A DNA stretch of 32,000 nt from NCBI RefSeq assembly GCF_000019605.1, contig NC_010482.1:1558758-1590757 (forward strand), written 5' to 3'. Below, piece after piece: positions 8,389-16,592 of this stretch. Below the pieces are notes generated by a model that did no database searches, was not told the DNA's origin, and was given only the letters and a program-made list of their open reading frames with translations. The number at the start of each line of letters is the position of its first letter. The first letter of the stretch is position 1. The DNA comes from Candidatus Korarchaeum cryptofilum OPF8 (GTDB lineage Archaea > Korarchaeota > Korarchaeia > Korarchaeales > Korarchaeaceae). The position numbers and the translations under genes were made by a program.

Positions 8389-9553
8389 TCTCAAGGGGAT
8401 CGTTCTCTGCGAGTTTTGTGAAGCGAGCGTAATGGGTAAACCGGTAGATGATCTACTAAATAGTTTAATGAACCTACTGGATTCTGAGACTCCCTCAGGA
8501 GGGGGCTGTCACCTCTGCGATGGGCTCCTGAGTAGGGAGCTCGGTAAAATGCTCAGAAAGGCCTTGAGTGAGTTAGAGGGGGTGGAGCTGTCATCAGTGA
8601 AATCGGGCGTCTCTTTACCAGCCATCTTAATAGAGAGGGAGGACAGGATAAGGGCTAATCACAATCCTCCCAAAATGAGGTCCCTCAAGGTCACTCTGAC
8701 AAGACTGCTCGATGTTGCGATTAGCTCCCTAACTGGCCTCAAGGTGAGCCAGGAACCGGATGCTATCCTGATATTCGATTTCGAGAGGGGCGATGTTAAG
8801 TTAGAACTAGCACCAGTATTCATCTTCGGAAGGTATAGGAAGCTTCAGAGAGGGATCTCCCAGTCCAGGAGGAAGTGTCCCGAGTGCGGGGGTAGAGGAT
8901 GTGAGGCATGCGGTTGGAAGGGCAAGATCCCCCAGGGAAGCGTTGAGGGTATAGTCGGGGAAGTGATGAGGGAGTTCTTCTCAGCCGAGGATTACGTCCT
9001 TCACGGGGCTGGGAGGGAGGATGTAGACGCCAGGATGCTCGGCGAAGGGAGGCCCTTCGTGATGGAGTTGTTGAGCCCTAAGAGGAGGAGCGCGGACCTG
9101 AGGGAGGTGGAGTCAGAGATAAATAGGAGGGCAGCCGGCCTGATCGAGGTTAAGAATCTAGAATTCTCCAGGAGAGAAAAAATAAGGATACTAAAAGAGA
9201 GATCTCCTAATGTCAAAAAATTATATAGAGCCTTAGTAGAGGTTGAGGGGGGAGTTGAAGAGGGAGAGCTCGAGCTCCTGAAGGGGCTCGAGGGAGCTGT
9301 GATAAGGCAGAGGACGCCCAAGAGGGTGCTCTGGAGGAGGGCAGATATAACGAGATTGAAGAGAGTATACGAGGTAAATTTCAGGAGAATAGATGATAAA
9401 AAATTTGAGTTATTTGTTCTATGTGATGGTGGGCTTTACGTTAAGGAGCTTATTAGTGGAGATGATGGAAGAACCAGCCCCAGCGTGACCGAGATCCTGG
9501 GGAAAAAATCTTTTTGTAGTGAACTCGATGTACTCGAGGTAATGGTTGAGTAA
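8381..9553 (+). CDS. pus10: tRNA pseudouridine synthase Pus10
   Basis: 390 aa with Zn-ribbon Cys pairs (CEFCE...CHLCDG; CPECGGRGCEACG) and a THUMP-like middle region. The catalytic region is HGAGREDVDARMLGEGRPF. GTG start overlaps the srp54 end. Confidence 0.85.
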   Translation: MDDLKGIVLCEFCEASVMGKPVDDLLNSLMNLLDSETPSGGGCHLCDGLLSRELGKMLRKALSELEGVELSSVKSGVSLPAILIEREDRIRANHNPPKMRSLKVTLTRLLDVAISSLTGLKVSQEPDAILIFDFERGDVKLELAPVFIFGRYRKLQRGISQSRRKCPECGGRGCEACGWKGKIPQGSVEGIVGEVMREFFSAEDYVLHGAGREDVDARMLGEGRPFVMELLSPKRRSADLREVESEINRRAAGLIEVKNLEFSRREKIRILKERSPNVKKLYRALVEVEGGVEEGELELLKGLEGAVIRQRTPKRVLWRRADITRLKRVYEVNFRRIDDKKFELFVLCDGGLYVKELISGDDGRTSPSVTEILGKKSFCSELDVLEVMVE

Positions 9554-9567
9554 AGTGGTGATGATGC

Positions 9568-9864
9568 ATGGGTAGGAGGTCATTCGGATTCCTCTACAGA
9601 TCGAGGGATTTCCTCTCAAAGACCCCGCGCGAGAGGGGCAGGCCATCCCCAGCGAAGCTCCTCAAGGAATTCGAGGTGGGCGATAAGGTCGTAATAGATG
9701 TTGAGCCATCGATCAGAAGGGGAATGCCTCACAGGAGGTATCAGGGGAAGGTAGGTGTTGTGATGGGCAGGAGAGGGGAAGCTTATCTCGTGGACATAAA
9801 GCTAGGGGGTAAGACGAAACATCTAATAGTGCTTCCCGTCCACCTCAAGAAGCACTCGGGATGA
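9568..9864 (+). CDS. rpl21e: 50S ribosomal protein L21e
   Basis: 98 aa. GDKVVIDVEPSIRRGMPHRRYQGKVGVV is characteristic of eL21. Confidence 0.93.
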   Translation: MGRRSFGFLYRSRDFLSKTPRERGRPSPAKLLKEFEVGDKVVIDVEPSIRRGMPHRRYQGKVGVVMGRRGEAYLVDIKLGGKTKHLIVLPVHLKKHSG

Positions 9865-10223
9865 GGATGATGGATTTGGCTGAGAGAGGACCTCAAAATA
9901 GGAGAGCTCTCACGTTGGCTGAGGTTAAGGCTTTAGTGTTCGATAGGTGGTCCTCTTCAGTGGAATCCCTGACCTTGGATCAGAGGAGGCTCCTCATATA
10001 CCTATCGAAGTTCACGAAAGTATCCGATCCTAAGAGAGCTAGAGAAGCTGTGGAGGAACTCATGAATAGGTTTAAGCTGAAGGAGGAGCATGCCGTTATG
10101 ATAGTTAACATCCTTCCCGAGGACGAGGAGGAGCTGAGGGCCTACCTCTTCAAGGATTATCCGTTGCTCAGCCAACAGGACTATAAGGAAATGCTTAACT
10201 TATTGAAGTCCCTCAGAGAATAA
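9861..10223 (+). CDS. rpoF: RNA polymerase subunit F (Rpo4)
   Basis: 120 aa with an ATGA overlap with rpl21e. It has the Rpb4-like motif AVMIVNILPEDEEELRAYL and lies in the conserved L21e-RpoF-DUF655 order. Confidence 0.75.
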   Translation: MRMMDLAERGPQNRRALTLAEVKALVFDRWSSSVESLTLDQRRLLIYLSKFTKVSDPKRAREAVEELMNRFKLKEEHAVMIVNILPEDEEELRAYLFKDYPLLSQQDYKEMLNLLKSLRE

Positions 10224-10243
10224 AAGAATATCCGGTGTTCCAA

Positions 10244-10819
10244 ATGTGGAGGCTTGCGCAGGGAAAGAGGAGACCTCATGATAGCTGGGCCTACGTTCTC
10301 TATGTGGATGAGGCCAAGAGGAGAGTGCAACTTGTCGGAGATAGGTACTTCATACTTATGGAGTTCGCTCTGAGGCCAAACGTTAATGTTAACGTGATGG
10401 ATAAGATATACGTCGGCAAGGGGGCTAGAAAGGAGGTAAGCAGATTCATAAGATACCTCACTTATGAGGAGCTCCCTCCAACAGCTAAGATGCTCTTGGA
10501 ATCTGTAGTCTCGAGGATAGTGAAAGAAGGAGAACAGTTCTTCATCAATTTGTTCAATGAAAGTGTTCCCGTGACTACAAGGCTCCATCAACTCGAGCTA
10601 CTCCCTGGAATAGGGAAAAAGACCCTTCTGAAGATACTTGAGGAGAGAGCGAGGAAACCATTCTCCAGCTTCTCAGAGCTCGCCGAGAGGGCGGGTATAA
10701 AGGACCCCGCGGAGCTGATAGTTAGGAGGGTGATGGATGAGATGATGGGAAAGGACAAATATTATATACTTGTGGCGCCCAAGGATATATTAGAAATTGA
10801 AGAGGAGGAAATTAGATAA
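10244..10819 (+). CDS. DUF655-family protein (OB fold plus helix-hairpin-helix)
   Basis: The motif LHQLELLPGIGKKTLLKILEER is HhH-like, and the gene sits in the conserved position after rpoF. ATG 10244 with GGTG 6 nt upstream is preferred; the ORF is open from GTG 10235. Confidence 0.75.
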   Translation: MWRLAQGKRRPHDSWAYVLYVDEAKRRVQLVGDRYFILMEFALRPNVNVNVMDKIYVGKGARKEVSRFIRYLTYEELPPTAKMLLESVVSRIVKEGEQFFINLFNESVPVTTRLHQLELLPGIGKKTLLKILEERARKPFSSFSELAERAGIKDPAELIVRRVMDEMMGKDKYYILVAPKDILEIEEEEIR

Positions 10820-11546
10820 CTCTTGTTCCTATTTCTCCATTAATTGCTCTAATTAAATCCCCAGGATCCCTGTAACCAGAGATCCTCACTTCAACTCCCC
10901 TCTCAGCTAGCCTAACAGCGGATTCTATCTTTCCCCTTATGGATCCCGTCGCATCGAGCGAGGGAAGACTCATGCCCTCAAGAGCGCTCCTGTTGATAAC
11001 TGGAATTACCCTTCCAGCTTCATCGAGGACTCCGGGCTCATCCATGAGGTATATCACTTTCTCGAACCCTAAGTCCAAGTGAAGGGGTATCTCATCCGCC
11101 GAGAGTACGTAGACTCCTCTCTCATCGTCCGGTATCAGATCACCGTGCATCAGGGGTATGAACCCAGCTTTGATTAGTTCCTTCAGCGAGGAAGTCTCGC
11201 AAAGGATTCTTCCATTATTCCTCCTCATCATGGATCTCGGCGGTAAGGGGGCTACAGGTATGCCCTCTTCCATCATGATTTTCGCGACCCTGAAGTTCAG
11301 TTCACTCACCCCTACCATCGTCTCCGAGGCCCCTATCCTATTCCAGTCCCCCATCCCCAAGTGAAGGCCGCTCCTCAATACGGGCTCATGCCCATAATGC
11401 CCAGCCCCATGAGCTAAGAATATCTTGAAATCATTCATCATGCTCTTAATATCAATAGAAATCCTCCTCAGGACATCCGACCTTATTTCTTTTCTCCCCT
11501 CCTTCTTGAGTGTTATCAGGGAGCCCCCGAGCTTTATGTAAAGCAT
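10812..11546 (-). CDS. isopentenyl phosphate kinase (amino-acid-kinase fold)
   Basis: MLYIKLGGSLIT plus HGAGHYGH match the IPK signatures KxGGS and HGxGSFGH. M8 (11546) was chosen as the start; the ORF is open to 11567. Confidence 0.85.
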   Translation of the reverse strand: MLYIKLGGSLITLKKEGRKEIRSDVLRRISIDIKSMMNDFKIFLAHGAGHYGHEPVLRSGLHLGMGDWNRIGASETMVGVSELNFRVAKIMMEEGIPVAPLPPRSMMRRNNGRILCETSSLKELIKAGFIPLMHGDLIPDDERGVYVLSADEIPLHLDLGFEKVIYLMDEPGVLDEAGRVIPVINRSALEGMSLPSLDATGSIRGKIESAVRLAERGVEVRISGYRDPGDLIRAINGEIGTRVI

Positions 11547-11595
11547 ACCTCGACCTGAAGTCATCATTTATAACGGTTGATCGGAACTTATTGAG

Positions 11596-13185
11596 ATGAG
11601 TGATTCGATATACGTGCTGAGTTCAGATGTGCTGATGAGGTCTCTGGTGAGATATGAGCCGGGGTACTCTCTGATAAGGGGATCCAAGCTCATAATACCG
11701 GAGGAAGTGCTCTCGAAGATAGAGGAAGATGCTCTCAGCGGTGATAGATTCAGCGTTGGCGCTTTAGGGGAGATAATATGGCTCCAGGATCTCGGGAGGG
11801 AGGGTTACATAGAGGAGGTGAGGGTTGAGGAGCACAGGGGGAAGGGAATAGATGCCCTACAGGAACTAGCCAAGAAGTTCTCCGCTAAGGTCCTCACTGG
11901 AGATAGGATAACCACTCTATCTCTTCTAGCTAGAGGAGTGGATGTCCAGTACATAGGTCCGAGGATGGATGGACTCAGGATCTACGACTACTTCGATGAG
12001 GAGACGATGAGCGTTCATCTGAAAGAGGGAGCCCCGCCTATGGCGAAGAAGGGGCGTCCGGGGAACTTCAGGTTAGTTAAGCTCTCTGATAAGAAACTGG
12101 AGGAATTTGAAGTGAGGACTATAGCCTACGAAATACTGGAGAGGGCGAAGACGGGAATAGATGCATTCATAGAGGTGATGTACGATGATGCTTACATAAT
12201 ACAGCTCGGGGATCTCAGGGTATTAGCGGCCTTCCCCCCATTCTCGGATGGCATCGAGATAACTGCTGTGAGACCCCTCGTGAAGGTCACTCTAGACGAC
12301 TACAACTTGAGCGATAAGCTGAAGAGGAGACTGAGCGAGAGAGCTGAAGGTATATTGATAGCTGGGCCCCCGGGCGCTGGAAAGACGACTTTCGCGAGCG
12401 CGTTGGCGGAGTTCTACAAGGAGAGGGGGAGGATAGTGAAGACTCTCGAGTCACCCAGGGACCTTCAAGTGGGGCCCGAGATAACTCAATACGGGAGGCT
12501 CGCTGGCTCCTTCGAGAATACGGCAGATCTCCTCCTCTTGGTCAGGCCGGATTATGTGATATTCGATGAGATGAGGAAGACTCAAGACTTCAAGATATTC
12601 GTGGATATGAGGCTAGCTGGCGTTGGTATGGTCGGTGTCGTTCACTGCGGCTTCCCGATAGAGGCGATACAGAGGTTCATAGATAGAGTTGATTTGGGCG
12701 TCCTACCTCACGTAGTCGATACTGTCATATTCATAAAGGACGGGAAGGTTGAGAAAGTGTATTCCCTCAAGATAACGGTCAAGATGCCGACGGGAATGAA
12801 GGACGTAGCTTTAGCGAGACCAGTAGTCCTAGTTAAGGACTTCGAGACCGAGACCGTGGAGTACGAGATTTACACATTCGGGGAGGAGGTCATAGTGATG
12901 CCCGTCTCAGCTAAGGAACCAGCAGTCGAGGGGGCTCCTAAGTTCAGGTTGAAGAGGAGGAAGCACACTATAATACTGGATCTAGGTCCCGCGATGTCCG
13001 ATACTGAAGTCACTATCTACTCAGGCGAGAGGGAAATGGCCACATTAGTCACGGACTCCAGGGGGAGGATAACTCTAGCGAAGAGCAGCCCTCTCGGGAG
13101 GAGGGTCCTTGAAGCGATAAGGAATGAGAGTTTGAGGATAATCCCGGGTGAGAGGAGCGAGGATTACGAATTCCCATCGGAGTGA
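11596..13185 (+). CDS. PIN-domain / P-loop ATPase / KH-domain protein (PilT-like ATPase family)
   Basis: 529 aa with Walker A (GPPGAGKTT) and Walker B (YVIFDEMR). The N-terminal region is PIN-like and the C-terminal region is KH-like. This matches the conserved archaeal COG1855-type architecture, recalled from memory. Confidence 0.8.
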   Translation: MSDSIYVLSSDVLMRSLVRYEPGYSLIRGSKLIIPEEVLSKIEEDALSGDRFSVGALGEIIWLQDLGREGYIEEVRVEEHRGKGIDALQELAKKFSAKVLTGDRITTLSLLARGVDVQYIGPRMDGLRIYDYFDEETMSVHLKEGAPPMAKKGRPGNFRLVKLSDKKLEEFEVRTIAYEILERAKTGIDAFIEVMYDDAYIIQLGDLRVLAAFPPFSDGIEITAVRPLVKVTLDDYNLSDKLKRRLSERAEGILIAGPPGAGKTTFASALAEFYKERGRIVKTLESPRDLQVGPEITQYGRLAGSFENTADLLLLVRPDYVIFDEMRKTQDFKIFVDMRLAGVGMVGVVHCGFPIEAIQRFIDRVDLGVLPHVVDTVIFIKDGKVEKVYSLKITVKMPTGMKDVALARPVVLVKDFETETVEYEIYTFGEEVIVMPVSAKEPAVEGAPKFRLKRRKHTIILDLGPAMSDTEVTIYSGEREMATLVTDSRGRITLAKSSPLGRRVLEAIRNESLRIIPGERSEDYEFPSE

Positions 13186-13703
13186 TTCTCCATCGACCTC
13201 CTCACCCTTCCCTCAAAATCCACCTCAATGAGGAAATCGAGGGAAGATTCCGGTACTAAAGACCTCCAGGAACTATCGCCCTTCAGTATGAGCTTCCTTA
13301 TCTTAGTTGCCTCATATACCTCCCTCTTGAAGAAGGGGACGTTCTCAACATGAATCCCCACTTCCTTAAGGCACCTCACCGTTTCAGGGTCATTTGAAAA
13401 AGCTATATCGATCCTCGGAACCCTATCCAAGACTATGAGACCCCAATTTTCCTCAGGTGATTGTGTATCTGGGATGCAAGATATGAAGATCCTCTCCAGT
13501 GGGAAGCCCTCCCTCCTCAGCGTCCTCACTATGAGCTCCATCCTCTCCCCAGCTGAAAGGGGGTTCCTCGGCTGGCAGCAGAACTGGGAGCTCCCTATAC
13601 CTATCACCAGTTCATCAGCCCTAGATAGGGCATACCTGAATAAGTAGAGGTGGCCATGATGGAGGGGCTGAAACCTGCCTATTACTAGAGCTCTCCTAAT
13701 CAT
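13164..13703 (-). CDS. nadM: nicotinamide-nucleotide adenylyltransferase (archaeal NadM type)
   Basis: GRFQPLHHGH (the GxFxPxHxGH motif) and a C-terminal YEATKIRK (SxTxxR-like). ATG 13703 is preferred; the ORF is open to GTG 13712. Confidence 0.9.
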   Translation of the reverse strand: MIRRALVIGRFQPLHHGHLYLFRYALSRADELVIGIGSSQFCCQPRNPLSAGERMELIVRTLRREGFPLERIFISCIPDTQSPEENWGLIVLDRVPRIDIAFSNDPETVRCLKEVGIHVENVPFFKREVYEATKIRKLILKGDSSWRSLVPESSLDFLIEVDFEGRVRRSMENHSDGNS

Positions 13704-13797
13704 CTCCCACACCCGGGGTCAGCAGCGATTTAGGAATCATCCGATGTCTATGGAGTAACTCCTCTTCATCCCCCATCGGAGTTTTAAGTATATCTTT

Positions 13798-14490
13798 TTA
13801 ATCTTCACTCTCCCCAACATCGAGGCCCAGCATCCTAGTTATCAAATCTTCGACCTCCTCATCGCTCATCTCAACCTCAAGGAGCTGGTACTTTGAATAG
13901 CCTTCCTTCCTCCTCTCCAGCTCCCTCCCCTCCAGGACTATTGCCCTCCTGAAGGGATGCATCTCAACCTCTACGAAAGCCCTGACGAGGTTCTCAACAG
14001 TAGCCTCATGAAGTACTATGAGCCCATCGGAGAGCTCCATAATTACTCTCTTATGGACGTGCCCCTTGGGGACCCCTATGATTATTCTTTTCAAGTCCCT
14101 GTTCCTTATGAAGAGGATGAACTTCGAGGCTAGGATTTTCACCGCCTCTCTAGCTGGCCCCGAGAGGGGTAGCTCAGCGGCCCTGTTGAGCTCAACCCAT
14201 CTCACTTCCTTGACTCCTCCTCCAGGCCTCAGTTTCCCGGAGATCGGCTTGCAGAGATAAGTTATGCGGATCTTATCATCATTAGCCTCACTCACATCAA
14301 TAGCTCTGACGACATCTACATGCAAACCAGTGGAATCAAGTATGATCTCGCTCAGCGAATCTCTAAGGCTCCTTCCAGGCTCAACTGAGTCACCGGGGAT
14401 CGACCAATCCTTACTACCCTTCTCCCTCACTAGGAGCAGGCGATCCCCCTTGATGACGACGCCCCTCAGCTCCAATGCGAGACTAACCAT
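13798..14490 (-). CDS. Nudix-fold protein with degenerate Nudix box fused to an unassigned ~105-aa C-terminal domain
   Basis: The N-terminal ~125 aa follow the MutT pattern (GDRLLLVRE...WSIPGDSVEPGRSLRDSLSEIILDSTGL...VRWVEL). Box positions E7, R15, E16, E19 and E20 read R, E, I, D and S. The start ATG shares one nucleotide with the upstream stop (TAATG). Confidence 0.7.
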   Translation of the reverse strand: MVSLALELRGVVIKGDRLLLVREKGSKDWSIPGDSVEPGRSLRDSLSEIILDSTGLHVDVVRAIDVSEANDDKIRITYLCKPISGKLRPGGGVKEVRWVELNRAAELPLSGPAREAVKILASKFILFIRNRDLKRIIIGVPKGHVHKRVIMELSDGLIVLHEATVENLVRAFVEVEMHPFRRAIVLEGRELERRKEGYSKYQLLEVEMSDEEVEDLITRMLGLDVGESED

Positions 14491-15347
14491 TAGCCTCTCA
14501 CTAAGGATGTGAGGGAGGAGAATAGCTTAAGAGATGCGCCTAAGGCCGTAGCGTACTGAGGATCCTCCGGAACAATCAAGCTACCACCGAAAAGCTTTAT
14601 AGGCTTTTTTATCGCTTCAACTATCTGCTCATAGCTAGCCAGTCCTCCAACTAGGACGATCTTATCTTCCAATCCAACGGACTTAGCTGCGAAGAGGGAA
14701 GTAACCCCGATGACCTGCCCCACCATATTAACGAGGGCTGCAGCGATATCCTCTAGCCTAGCGTCATCCACCAGCTTCCCGAAGTTTGAGGCAGTGGCAT
14801 TGACATCTAACTTCCCCACTGGCCCCCCAACTATATCGCCGACTTTGAGGTCCAGATTATCTGGGCTTCCCCTAGACGCTAGTTCAAGAAGTGACTCTAT
14901 GGACGATCTACCAAGTAAGAGCTTTCCTAATCCCAGGAGGGTCCCACCTCCGATGCCCGTCCCTCCCAAGTGCCTGACATCGTAGCCGGAGTTCCTCTCC
15001 CTGACTTCGACGATCGCGGTCCCCGTACCAGCGCTGGTGACCACGCACTCCCCTAGTTTAGCTAAGAAGGCTCCTCCCCTTCCTATAGCCTCTATCTCAT
15101 CCACCTCGAAGAGGGGGAGGCCGAGGATGCGTTTGGGGAGAGATCTCACTTTCCCCCCGCTCACGGCAATAGCTCCTACATCATTAACATTCAGCCCTCC
15201 TTGAGTCAATATCTTACCTATTGTGCCGGCTGCAGCTGCTAGAGGGTCTGAGGAGATAACTAAGGTCTTCAGGCCAACCCCTCTCTCCGATAGTAGAACT
15301 CCCTTTGTGGTAGTACCCCCCATGTCCAGCCCTATGATGTACATCAT
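14490..15347 (-). CDS. type II pantothenate kinase-like ASKHA protein (CoaW/fumble type)
   Basis: GLDMGGTTTK (phosphate-1), AGTGTAIV, GGTGIGGGTLLGLGKLLLG, DLKVGDI and ATASNFG line up by eye with Staphylococcus-type PanK-II motifs. ATG 15347 overlaps the upstream stop (ATGA). The 22 codons further upstream look non-coding. Confidence 0.72.
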   Translation of the reverse strand: MMYIIGLDMGGTTTKGVLLSERGVGLKTLVISSDPLAAAAGTIGKILTQGGLNVNDVGAIAVSGGKVRSLPKRILGLPLFEVDEIEAIGRGGAFLAKLGECVVTSAGTGTAIVEVRERNSGYDVRHLGGTGIGGGTLLGLGKLLLGRSSIESLLELASRGSPDNLDLKVGDIVGGPVGKLDVNATASNFGKLVDDARLEDIAAALVNMVGQVIGVTSLFAAKSVGLEDKIVLVGGLASYEQIVEAIKKPIKLFGGSLIVPEDPQYATALGASLKLFSSLTSLVRG

Positions 15348-15895
15348 CTCCCCGCCCTCTTGACGGCATGTACTATAGGGGGAACGAGTATGAGGGCGAA
15401 TGGGAGCTCCCAAGCGAATGTGACGAATGATATTGTGAGCGCAGCCGCTATAGATAAGGGGGTTAAGCTCTCCTGAAATGGTAGAGGAAAGTACTGGCTC
15501 CAGAGGAGGAGGCCTATCCCTATTATCAAGTGTCCCACGGTGAGCCCCAGGGTGGAAGCCACCAAATACCTCCTCACGCTATACTTATTCCCCCCAGCGA
15601 GCTTCCCTATTATGTAGAAGCATGTGAAGTTAGATGTGACACCGACCGTCAGGCTTAAGATCGCATTACCATGGGTAGCGATGTCCGATATGAATATCCC
15701 TATCGCAGCGGATAGCCCGCCTACGCTCGCTCCATAGAGGCATGATATCGTCGCCGGTATCACTACAGAGGGCCAGAACCTTACCCCATAGAAGGTGAGT
15801 CCTAACCAGCTCACGTAACCGACGAGAGCGTACAAAGCTCCCCCTACCGCTGATATGGCGATGTCCCTCAGGTTCATCTCCGATGCTCGATCCAT
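15344..15895 (-). CDS. small polytopic membrane protein, ECF S-component-like (QueT/PanT-type fold)
   Basis: 183 aa with 5-6 TM segments. LTFYGVRFWPSVVIPATISCLYG resembles the conserved loop-helix of solitary S components. The family assignment is tentative. Confidence 0.5.
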   Translation of the reverse strand: MDRASEMNLRDIAISAVGGALYALVGYVSWLGLTFYGVRFWPSVVIPATISCLYGASVGGLSAAIGIFISDIATHGNAILSLTVGVTSNFTCFYIIGKLAGGNKYSVRRYLVASTLGLTVGHLIIGIGLLLWSQYFPLPFQESLTPLSIAAALTISFVTFAWELPFALILVPPIVHAVKRAGR

Positions 15896-15911
15896 CAGAA
15901 TTAAAATTTGA

Positions 15912-16547
15912 CTAGAGATTGAGGAGCCTGGAGTTCACCTCCTCACCCTCTAAATCGACTACAGCATAATTTCCTCGCGAGAGAGGTCCCGGATTTATCG
16001 CCAAAGTATTCCTTATCCTCTCTATACCCCTTGACTCATGTATGTGACCGCATACGCAGAGCAGGGGGGCTTCCCTCTCTATGTAGTACTTCAAGGATTT
16101 GGATCCGACGCTCAGTCCCGATCTTATTCTATCCAGTCCGCTATCGAAGGGAGGAGTATGACTGAGCAGGAGATCCACCTTCCCGAGCTCCTCCAGCATC
16201 AGTGAGAGTTCCTCCTCGGTGAACTCGATCCTGGTCATGAAAGGTGATATCAGGCCTCCTCCTACACCGCCGATCGAGTAGCCCCGGAGGTAAGCTTTAT
16301 TACGGTGTAAGTTGAGGCAACCCTCGAGCTCTCGAATCTCGAGAAGGGGAGCAGGATCCATGTTTCCGGGAACGAAGAATACATTCTCATTGAAATCCCT
16401 AATATATCCAAGAATCTTCCTAACATCCTCCATATCACCATTAGAAATATCTCCAGCTAAGAATACAGCATCAAAGCTTTCCCTCTCTAATAAAAGCTTC
16501 AGCTTCGGGGATGATGAATGCACATCGGAGATCGCGAGCAATTTCAT
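15912..16547 (-). CDS. metallophosphoesterase (calcineurin-like, MJ0936/YfcE type)
   Basis: Motifs are DVHS, GDISNGD, VPGNMD and CGHIHE. Confidence 0.85.
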   Translation of the reverse strand: MKLLAISDVHSSSPKLKLLLERESFDAVFLAGDISNGDMEDVRKILGYIRDFNENVFFVPGNMDPAPLLEIRELEGCLNLHRNKAYLRGYSIGGVGGGLISPFMTRIEFTEEELSLMLEELGKVDLLLSHTPPFDSGLDRIRSGLSVGSKSLKYYIEREAPLLCVCGHIHESRGIERIRNTLAINPGPLSRGNYAVVDLEGEEVNSRLLNL

Positions 16548-16592
16548 ACCCCTATCTGCCCAATCCCGATTTAAGAATTTTAGGTTGAAATC

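Noticed and set aside
15348-15413. 22-codon upstream extension of the PanK-like ORF (MGAPIRPHTRSPYSTCRQEGGE)
   Set aside because: It overlaps the 3' end of the upstream membrane-protein gene. The ASKHA phosphate-1 motif begins right after M23, and ATG 15347 forms a classic ATGA overlap.
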